From: Owenia fusiformis
Taxonomy: Eukaryota
Direction of reading: 5' to 3'
Length of the DNA: 64,000 nucleotides
Assembly (NCBI GenBank): GCA_903813345.2
Contig: CAIIXF020000001.1
Span: 14,012,001 to 14,076,000, forward strand
In this document: in pieces, positions 49,701 through 61,700 of the stretch
How the letters are laid out: each line of letters opens with the position of its first letter
Position numbering within the stretch: position 1 is the first letter of the stretch
Notes under the pieces: generated by a model
Database searches by the model: none
What the model was told of the DNA's origin: nothing
The model's input: the letters and a program-made list of their open reading frames with translations, nothing else
Position numbers and translations under genes: made by a program

Positions 49701-52700
49701 CCACACAGTGATCAGTTTGGTGGAAATGATGCATGTTTAGGGAACAGACACTGGATAAATTCTGTGAGAACATTCCCACATGTTTTCACTGTAAGGGTTT
49801 CAAGTCAATCTCGATCATTGCTATATGTACTATAAAATAAAAATTTTACAGACACTGCATATACCTAGAAATTACTATTGTGACAACAATTTGTCATATT
49901 TTTTAGTGGTGACAAAATAAACTAAAATGTATTCATGAAACAAATGAGATATGAAAATACAGAAGAGCTGTATACCTTATAGAGTGCTTGCCATTGGGCT
50001 ATGGTTGCTTGTGATGATGTCATTCTTGCCAAGATTCTCTGAAATATGAAAAGATTGTATGATGATACGTCTGTAATATTATACAATTTATATTTAACTT
50101 GACTTATTCACAAGAGCAGCAAATCCCAATGAATTATTACATTTTATTCCAATTTTTAATGAAGCTGATATTTGATATCAACAATCTACTTTAAATGATT
50201 GTCAACATCTCAAGACTTTCACATTCAAACATCCATTTTGGATTTTTACAGGCACCATTAAAATTAATTTAATATCTGCTACTACTCAATACCTGTGATT
50301 GAAATACAATGTCTAATAAACTCATACTTAGAAGATATCTCAAAATTAGAGTGAATTATCTCATTTAGGTTTACATTTGGATTTTCTCCATGAAAACTTT
50401 GGCTAAAATAAAGAAGATCAACTTTTTGTAAAAATTGTGCCCATTGATACTTTTTTCAACATCAATTGCATCCTGCATTTTCTGTTTTGGAAAAATTATA
50501 ATTTACTGTAAAACCTGTTTTAGGAACACCTCTCTCTAGTGAACACAAGTGTCTAGTGAATCCCTCTTCTCAGCAAACACTGAGTTCTGTATAAAATTGG
50601 CTCTCTGTGGTGAACACCTATCTATAGTGAACACATAATCATTTTTGTGGCTCCATAGGTGTTCAGTTCACTGTACACAGGTTTTTCTGTATGGTCAAAG
50701 ATTACATTTTGAAAATAACAAGGCTTAGTTCTCCAAAACAAGGAAAATGTATAGTGCATGTGCTGGAGCCAATGGTGTAAACTACCAGGCATGGACCCCA
50801 TAAAATGGATCAATGTGGGCGTTAGTTTAGAAACAAATTGTTGACTGATGGAATGAATGATGGACAGAGAGATAAAAGAGCCAATTCCATATGCTCACCA
50901 CATGAGCCAAAAAGAGAAAAAAATTCTCACTTACAGGGATGTGTTTGACATGCTTTAGGCAGTCTTCCAGAGTTGATGTCACTTCTATATTTCTAGGGTT
51001 AGCAAAGAAAGCAACTGCATCTTGCCTTTGTTCCAACTTGGCCATGTCCTTCAATGGCTGCATGAACCATTGCCTGTGATGACAATAGACATTAATTCGA
51101 TGAGCAACAACTGACTCTGAAATATATCATGATATACTGTACTTCTACTTAATTTGGTGCTATTTATTTTGGCAGATTCGCTGCTTTGAATATTTGGCGG
51201 CTACTTAATTTAGCGGACTTGCACTTGAACTTCAAATGATGCAATTTTATCCTTGTTGCTATCTGTTGACTTTCATTTGATTAGTAAATTGCCATTGGTT
51301 CTTTTAAAGTACTAGTAGTTGAGAATGGACATGTTGTTGTTGTTATATATTGTTTTAAATGACAAATTTGAACAAATTTTGAAAGAAAATATTCACTGGA
51401 AAATGGGGTAAATTTCATTTCATATGTGCAGAGTAATTTTCTGAACGAGGCATTAACATGACAAAATGTCACCACCTAGTTCCTCACAATATTATGAGTT
51501 CAATCTTAAAAGTCAGATTTGAATTTCTGAGAACTTGTAGATGATTTTGGAAAAATAAATTGGTCAATTTCAAGCAAGTTGAAAAAATACCTTTTTGACC
51601 CTGAGATGGTCATTGAAGGGGAAATCTCAAATCTAAAGTCAAATTTGAACTTCTGAGAACTTGTAGATGATTTTGAAAAAAAATTGGTCAATTTGAAGCA
51701 AGTTGAAAAAAGACCTTTTTGACCTTAAAAAGGTCATTGAAGGTCAAATCTAAGGTCAGATTTGAACTTCTGATAACTTGTAGATGATTTTGGTCAATTT
51801 GAAGCAAGATGAAAAAAGACCTTTTTGACCTTGAGAATGCCATTGAAAGTCAAGTCCTTTTTGACCTTGAAAATGTCATTGAAGGTCAAATCTATAGTCA
51901 GATTTGAACTGTTGAGAACTTGTAGATGATTTTGAAAAAATTGGTCTATTTGAAGCAAGTTGAAAAAAGACCTTTTTGACCTCTTTTGACCTTGAGAAGG
52001 TCATTGAATGTCAAATCTCAAATCTGGTCAATTTGAAGCAAGTTGAAAAAAGACCTTTTAACCTTTTGTGACCTTGAAAAAGTCATTGAAGGTCAAATCT
52101 TAAATATAAAGTAAGATTTGAACTTCTAAAAACATGTAGATGATTTTGAAAAATATTGAAGTCAGTCTAAACAGTATTTGGTAAGTTATTGGAAGTTGTA
52201 AGAATTTGTTACAGACGCCAATCACCAACCGCCAATCACCAACCGCCAATCACCAACCACCAATTATAACCGCCATCTGCCATAAAAAAAATGGAGACCA
52301 TAACAATATGTCACAACTTTTTGGTGGTGACATAAAAATTGAGATATCTGATTAATGTTTGATTTTAATTGACAACTTAAGATGCAAACTCAAACAGTGC
52401 TCTTGTGTGTTTCTGAAAAGACATTTGCTTTTCTATAATTTCGCATACAACAAAACATAGCTCTGCAGCAATGAAAAGTGACAAATGGGATTTTTTGTTC
52501 AAGTAGTATGGTCAAATGGTGATATATTCATAGATTAAAGAATTACCCAGCTCAAAACCTAAACCAACCCTCTTCCAAGAACACAGCCCCTTAACTTCAA
52601 GATATGAAAAATGAAGGATTGATTATTTGCAAACCTCAACATCTTGGATCCTATGATAGACTTGCATCTGTTCATGATGCGGAACAGGCTAAGGCCTTCC

Positions 52701-55700
52701 TTTCCACTTGAGGCACCAGACTTGTAACCTGAAGGGTGATTCCTTTGTTGAAAGATCTGTAGTGCGCTAAAACAGAATAACAAAAATTATTTAAAGATGT
52801 TTTGAAACACAAAAGTTATTCTACACATTTTTTTTGTTTTAGATATTTTGGGAAGAGAGCCAACTGAATTGGGACAATAAATTAATAATTGAGAAAACCT
52901 CAATTGAGAGGCCTTATCTTAAAGGTGATCGAAAGATTTGTCCACCATGGGGAGCATGCTATTTTTCATAAAAACTTTAAGACAACTAATTTTGAATAAA
53001 TTCATATAAATCCATAATTTTGAATTCAACTCTGAGTGACCACACATATAACCTTTCAAGTAGATCTTTTATGACAACTAATGAACAAAACAGCATCGGC
53101 AAGTAAAATTTGATCAAAATCTGAACACCTGTATTTTCCTGGAAAATGGTGGCCAGAATCAATCTTGTTTCTTAAGTTTTTGATTAGAGGTCCTAACAAT
53201 ATATTTCAGTGGTCTCAAAAGTGATGCTTTATATGGTTCTCTCAAGTCAAGCACATGTTACAGGCAGATGAATGCTGACTGTTATAGGTCCTATGCAAAT
53301 AAATGTAAGATATTGTTATAGACAATATTTCTATATTTCAGTCATCAAAAACTATATTTTCTCTACACGAAAAATGTTGGATAGTTTTTTTACTCCGTTT
53401 ATGAAAAAGTGGCCATTTTGATTTGAGTGGCCATATTGGAAATTCCTTTAATCTTATTTTATGATGAATTATAGATTCTGTAAGGACCCTTGATAGCAAG
53501 TTGCTACTACATCCCAGCTGGGTTCGATTCCCACTCAGGTCATCGAATTTAGCACACTTTCTTTCAATTTCTTTATCTGGCTTGTTAGACCTATGCTCGC
53601 AGTCGTTAGTTATTTATTCCCCTAGGCGCCCTCGGGTCATTACACATTAAAATGCATCCATATGCCTTTATTTATGGATCTGTCATCTGTCTAGTCATGA
53701 AATAAAGCCGGAATTGCAGAAATGTTAATAATATTTTGAGCTATCTTGAGATTTAATAATCTTTAAAATTGAACCCTTCAATGACCGTATCATGTTCCAC
53801 GTAGGAGAGCCTAGGAGGGTAGGTGGGTATGAGGTAGGAGGTTTTTTATACAAAGCCAATAGCTCATACCATCCCAGATGCGAGTAGAAATAATCTTGAT
53901 TTACGTCATTAAAAATTCATAATTCAGTCAAACTGATGTCATATTTGGAATCTACATGTAAAATTACATTTAGAAATGTGGTTTTGAAAAGAGTTTATCA
54001 ACTTTGAAAATTTAATTTTCTTTGAAAATGTGACTTCTAGGTCGGGGAGATTCCCCATAGATCCCATGTTGTGAAACCACAATAAGTGAAATATCTTTTT
54101 TTGTGTTGGGCAGATAATATTTTCTTTTACTGGACATATTTTAATTTGTTTATCTATCAGATACATAAGGGTAATATGAAAATCGAACCACTAAAACTGA
54201 TGCATATTCAAGTTTAAGGGAATTTTGTAATACCCTGCCATGTTAATTCCCCCGAATCAGCCACCTGGTGGCGAAACTGGTAACTACCTACTCGCATCTG
54301 AGTAATTCTAGTATACCTCATATCAATTCTTGTATACCTCATACCTATAATTCTAGTATGATACAGGCCTGTCAACTTGGGAACACCTAACATGAGTGAC
54401 TTGGAAATGTTGAACACCTCCCCTCAAAATGTGGACACCTTGGTCCAAATCTGAACACCTTGATCCAAATTTTGAACACCTTGGTTTAAATTTTATTACA
54501 TCTTGCCAAATTTTGAACACCTCAAATTTTTCGCAAATTGCGGGACAGTTGACAGGCCTGATGATACACCTGCTGCTCATGTACAGACATAGTATGTACA
54601 ACAACCATTATTATATATAGAACACAAACTATTAGAATTTATATCATACATGTTAATTAGTTATCTAATAAATCTACGGTTAGCAAATAGAGATCTGAAA
54701 TTATTTCCTTTCATAGACTTCAACAGAAGCCTATAGTAATTGACAAAACATTGTAGCTACAGTATGTCATATGAAGTAAATGAATCAAATAGAGTATAAA
54801 CACTAAAGCATGACGGTTATGTCAAGGCGATTTGCAAAATTTTGCGGTAACGATAACAAAAAATGGCGGATGGAAAAGGCAGCATGTCCTCTTTTGCCTG
54901 TAGGCAAGATTCAAAGGTAAGATTTTCTTGTAAACTAGTTCCATTTGGTGACGTATATATGGATGGTTATAAAGATTGAAAATCATGTGGTCTACAAGAA
55001 GCAGAATATAAGCTGTAAACCTACTGACTGAGACATCCAAGTTCATAATTTTTAGTATTTTTGTAGATACAGCAGCAATGCCAAATCATAGCAAATCTCA
55101 TCGAACAGCCACGGCTGATATTCTTAAAAATGGCAACTCAGTGGCCAAATTGCCAGAAAAATGTGTAACATGCTTCTAATTAATTACAGATAAAATTTCA
55201 ATAAAATCACTCCTTTATAGTTATAGCAAAAAAACATAAACAAACACATGTAAAAACATTAACAATGGTGACCATTTTTCAAAAGGCGCTCACTGGCCAA
55301 ATTGTCATGTAAAAGTGTAATATGCTTTTTAGAAGTCACATACAAAATTTCAACAAAATCGCTTCGCTATTTTTCGAATTACAGTAAAAAATGTACAATA
55401 CAGTATGTACACTCATAAAATTGAGGACTATTTTGAAAAATGGCTGCCTACGAGCCAAATTCAGTCAACTACTTTTCCAGTTACTGCAAAAATCGTAAAA
55501 TAGTCTATAATGACCACCACTATTCAAGATGGCCATCATGTTTTTTTTAAAATAATTCAATTTTAAACTTTATTCATATGTTTAACATTTTTTTTAAACA
55601 TATTAATAGTGACCTAAAAGTGACACTAAAATGGTGGCCATTTTGGAACTGGCAGCCATTTTGTTTAGGCAGCCATTAGTTTAATATATATACGATATTG

Positions 55701-58700
55701 GGCCAACAGTATTTGAGTTATTGCCCTGACAGAATGTACAGATGGATGTCATTTGTTGCTGCTGCATCAGTGTCTTCATTTGTTGTCTTATTTCTTCTTT
55801 ATTGTCTTCTTTTTTATCTTGATTTGCTTACATTTGATCGTGATGTTAATATCTTTCCTTCAGTGCAGCGGATGGACGGAGCCCTTTCTTATATCCAACT
55901 GAACTATGTTCAATGGGATAATAAAAAAGGATTCAATTTCAGAAGTGAGAATGAACATGTGTGGAATCTGAACCAAAAATTACGAAGACAACAACTGTTG
56001 AAGACAGCTGTTGAAAAGATATGTGCCAGATATGTATAAGAGAAAATAGATGATAAAATAGATACGACTGAACAAAGTGAGACAAACTGGATCAAGAATC
56101 GATTAGATCGATAATTAACAAATCACCGACTATCCATGTTCAAACATACATTTACAAAATAATAAAATTCAAAGATATCATCTTTCTCGAGAGAGCAACT
56201 TGATGTGGCCATGGAAAGGATGAATATAAAAAGTCATCGGGACTGACACATTCACTAATATATTATAGAAAAGCCAAAATACAAACAATACCATTAAACC
56301 AATATAGGATGGTACTTGTATTTAAACATAGCATCAACTGACTCAATAAACAGTTTAATTAACGAAAGATGCTAATATGAATAGCGCCTCAGCAAGCAAT
56401 TGTGTTAATAGTACAATTATTACTTACATGGATATGTGCAATAACACAAACATAACTGGTGACAAGGAAGAGGAGATCAAATGTTTGGGGGTTGCACCCA
56501 TACACCCTTCAGTCTTGATTATTTACATAATTGTGAATATTGTTTTCCATTTAACAGCCACATTCTCGAATGGACTATTTCTCCTAGTTATGTGCAAGAA
56601 AAAGATGAAATTATCACCAACTGGTATATTAGTGATGAATTTGACAATCGCAGACTTATTCAATGGACTAATTCTAGTTCCAATGATGATGTACACTCGA
56701 TATTTTGTTCCACTCTATGACCAGTGGGGAATTCTGTATGATAAAGAAGAGACACAAAGAGCTCTCTGCTTTGTGCCTTTACTACTTGGAACAATTACTT
56801 ATGTTGTATCTTTTACCCTTCTTGCAGCCATTTCCCTAGAGAGGTTTGTTGGAATGATGCTTTATAAGTCGCTGGATAAAAAAAGAGCTAAAATCAAAGC
56901 AATTTTTGGAGGTATAATAATATGGATATATGTGTCTGTACTATTGATAGCATTGTTTCCAAAATCCTTTAAGTATGAACAAAATCTGGGTTGTCATTTA
57001 ACATTAAGTGTATCCTCCTCCCTAAGAGATATCTTGAAACCACATTTAGTCATTCCATTGATTCTTTGTATTATTTTCTACACTGCTATATTCTTTACTA
57101 TCAAAAAGCATAGGAGGACTGTAAACATTGAAACACATAATAATCCAGTAAACAACATGACTCATATTCATGAGGCAAGATGGGTGATGACCATTTTCCT
57201 GGTTATTGTTGTTTTCTGTGGTACATGGGTTCCATATTATATAGCAACTGCATACATAGATCATGAGGAATGTATGGTTTCTTGGAAAAAGAATGTATTG
57301 TACAGTACGTCAACTCTTGCCCATATAAGCTCTGTAATAAACCCATGGATTTATACATACAGGCATGCTGTCTATAGGAAACAAGTCAGAAAATATGTAC
57401 AAAAAATAAGACAGTTTAAATGTTGCACAACACAAGACTCATAATTATTAAAATATAGCTGCACGCTAGGTTTCTTTACAGTTTTTGATCCTTTACCTTT
57501 GGCATTTGTGCTTGGATATTTGAAGCTTCAAAATATCCTAGCTTTGTATTGTTAAATGATATATACACACACTGTGCTCAATGGCTATGTGGCTGATTAA
57601 TTTAGAAGCACTTGTTGGTTGCATAAAAACAAATGATCGAATGTTTGTATTATATTTGGACCAGATTCTCTTACCAGTACTATAAGGGGTCTTTGTAATT
57701 GATGTATTATGCTGATGTCATCAAATATCACCCAACGAATACATGGGTTTATAGTCAGACGTCATAATAAGAACAAGAAGTCTTCTGATTACGATAATCA
57801 GATTCTAATAGTAAGGTCATTCAAATTTGGCTGACAAGTCGCAGAAAGGTTGTGCACATTTTTTTGGCTAACATTATGCATGGGCTTTTAATAAGAAAGC
57901 CCATGCATAATGTTAAAACAAAAGTTATGCCTCATTTTATAGCTATCCTTGTGTTGTGTAAATAAGCTACACTATACTCAAAGTTCTCCTACATTTTTAA
58001 TAAAAACAATGTTATCTAGACCTAGCATTCTTTTAATTCAACCAACATTCCCATTGCAGCAGTTATCCAGAACGGTGGAGCAATGATTAAGTACATCACC
58101 TATTTATTATGTCTGGTCTGTTGATACCATGTAACATCTGCAAAACTAAGACTGAGTGATCTTTATGGTACCCACAAAAACTTTAGACCATCCTCTAAAA
58201 CATATGAGAATATTACCCCATAAATTCAAGTAATTAATGAGATATAGCTTGTTGCAAGGGTTCAATTTTTGAACAACCTGTATTACAGTTTTTCTTTATT
58301 AACCATGCTTAGCTGTCTAAGATAGCATGGCTATTCTGTATTCTGATTGGAGGGAGAGTAATAACACTGTAACATGTCAAGCCATGTGGAATACATTATT
58401 TTTTGTTGTTTGCTCAAGTTGTTTTAAAGATGTTCAACTGTATCATCAAAATAAATCTGTGGTACAAATGTATGTTTAGTGAAGAAATAAATATATCATA
58501 ATATCAAAAAAGTTGTATAAGATAGCTGTCTAAGATAGCATGGCTATTTTGTATTCTGATTGGAGGGAGAGTAATAACTAATAACACTGTCAAATGTCAA
58601 GCTATGTGGAATACATTATTTTTTGTTATCAAAAAGTGATATTTGTGGTAATATTAGAGTTATAAAGTGTATATGCTTCTTAAATTCAGATATGATATGA

Positions 58701-61700
58701 CCATATATTTATTCTGAGAGCTTTAATTGATCTTCATAAAGCCAATAATACACAATTATATGCATGCTTTATTGATTTCCATAAAGCATTTGACTCTATT
58801 TGGCATCAAGCATTAATCTTTAAGCTATTAAAAGCAGGAATTCGAGGCAAATTGCTAAAGATCTTAGAAAACATGTATACAAAAAGTCAGTTTTGTATGA
58901 AAGATAACAAACTAAATAAAATCACTGATTTCAGACAAGCAACAATAGGCCTCCGGCAAGGGGACCCAATTTCTCCCTTGGCCTTCAATATTTTCATTAA
59001 TGATTTACCCTCTTATATTGGTTTAGATATTAGAGAATTTTCATTATAAGTTGTTTCAAAAACTTATACGTATACTTATAGTTTAAAGGGTCTTGTCGAA
59101 CTAAAATCAATTCAAATTGATTTTCATAATTCGTACCAAGTGGGGCATAACTATTCCCGATATAGTCAAGCTCCATCATCAACTAGGGACTGCGAATACA
59201 ATGTCCTTTGCTAGTGTCAATTATGAACACGATAAACTAAACGCTAGTTGACGGGTCCTTGTAGTGTACGATAAACAAGACCCTTTAAAGTGAATCACTA
59301 CACGAACGAGTCGATCATTTCAAAGTTCTCATGAAATTATAAGGTCAATTTTTAAGTTTTTACGTATAAAAGGGCCTTTATACACAGATTATAAACTTAC
59401 AGAGTTGGATCTCCGCATAGTATATGTGTGGACCTACTGACCAGAATGGCTTATTAAAATTAATCGGCTGAATAGGCATAGTATCCAATCAAACAGCTCG
59501 ACTCATTCATTAGCTGAACTAATTCTCCCTTCGTTATTTCTACAAGGTGATTCAAAACGATCATCTACAAAAAATATATTTGAGAGTAGATAAATCTGTA
59601 AAACCTGTGTGCTATATCAGCCTATTTGATTCTAGAAAACACATATGACACAACTAAACATGCTTTACATCAAGGGGGTACGGATGGTACGCCATTGGCC
59701 CTTTTTATTACCGTCCTAGGAGATATTTCCCGACGAATTATGAAATTATGAAACACCTTGTTTATTGGGTTTATAAGTATAAGTATACATATAAGTTTTT
59801 AAAAAACTTATAACAAAAATTCTCTAATGACTGTCCAACTTTAGGTAATGAAAAATTAAATATGCTTATGTATGTTGATGATATCGTATTAGTTCAACCT
59901 TTTATTTCATTAACAAGATACTTTTTTAAAATCAACCAAACTTTCCTTTGTACAATTACAATATTGAGAGACCTAAACACGTTGTGTTTAGGTCGTTTTG
60001 TTCCAATGAGGTCCGGATAGATGTTTCATTTCATTCCAAACATATGATACCAAGAACAAAAAAAAGTGTCTCATGTGTTATCTAAAATAATATAGAGAAA
60101 AGTATATAAATATATTTCAAATTATAATGTTACCATCCAAAAGATGACCATTAAATTAACGATGTGAAAATATTTCAGAATGTTTTGATGACTGGTTTAA
60201 GAGAAACACGTGTTCAAAAAGTTCACCATATCGATACCACTCTTTTGAAGATTTGCATGTCAATTAAGTGTTCACTGGACCAACATTGTCAATTTTTCAG
60301 CTCTCCAATTCTCATCCATTATTTCCCTCCATTCACTTTGTATACTGTAGGTGGAAACATGAACTCATAGAGTAGACATCATGCATATTAATAATTAGAG
60401 TAATCTTATATCAATCTATTGGTAAAAATTACAATGTCAAATAATTTCCTCTCACCGACCACATCAGAAGCTTAACTAGGAATTAGCAAAATTTTGTTGA
60501 TATACAATACAAAGTTACTGCTACAGTTAAGATTTCAATAAAGTAATAAAGAAGGATTTTAGTTCTACAAGTGCATATAAACATGAATGAGATGTGAGAA
60601 AAATAAAAAGGACAAGAACAATTGAAGTCTCGGCTGTCATCTGGAGAAGATATATAAAACAATCACGTTCAAAGATTCCACCTCTAGAGAGAAATTAGGT
60701 GTAGCCATTGACAGAATAAAAGCCACGAAAGACTGACACTACTGATATATTATGGAAAAGCATGAAAACAAACAATAGCACAAACACAAATATAGAATGA
60801 TACTTGTATTAAACAGTTCAACAACTGACTGAATAAACAGTTTATGAAAAACACAGATATGAAAGGCGCACCAACTGATGTAATATGGAATACAAGCATT
60901 TGTGTTAACAGTACAATTACCAATATGAATTTGTGCAATAACACAAACATAACTGGTGACAAGGAAGACGAGATCAAATGTTTGGGGGTTGCACCCATAC
61001 ACCCTTCAGTTTTGATTATTTACATAATTGTGAATATTGTTCTCCATATAACAACCACATTCTCAAATGGACTATTTCTCCTAGTTATGTGCAAGAAAAA
61101 GATGAAATTATCACCCACTGGTATATTAGTGATGAATTTGACAATTGCAGACTTATTCACTGGATTAATTCCACTTCCAATAATGATGTACATTCGATAT
61201 TTTGTTCCACTCTATGACCAGTGGGGCATTCTACATGACAAAGAAGAGACACAAAGAGCTCTCTGTTTTGTGTCCTTACTACTTGGAATAATTACATATG
61301 TTGTATCTTTCTGTCTTCTTGCAGCCATATCCCTAGAGAGGTTTGTTGGAATGATGCTTTATAAGTCGCTGGATAAAAAAAGAGCTAAAATCAAAGCAAT
61401 TTTTGGAGGTATAATAATATGGATATATGTGTCTGTACTATTGATAGCATTGTTTCCAAAATCCTTTAAGTATCAACAAAATCTGGGTTGTCATTTAAGC
61501 TTAAGTCTATCCCCCTCCCTAAGAGAAATCTTGAAGTCACATTTAGTCATTCCACTAATTCTCTGTGTTATTTTCTACACTGCTATATTCTTTACTATCA
61601 AAAAGCATAGGAGGACTGTAAACATTGAAACACATAATAATCCAGTAAACAACATGACTCATATTCATGAGGCAAGATGGGTGATGACCATTTTCCTGGT

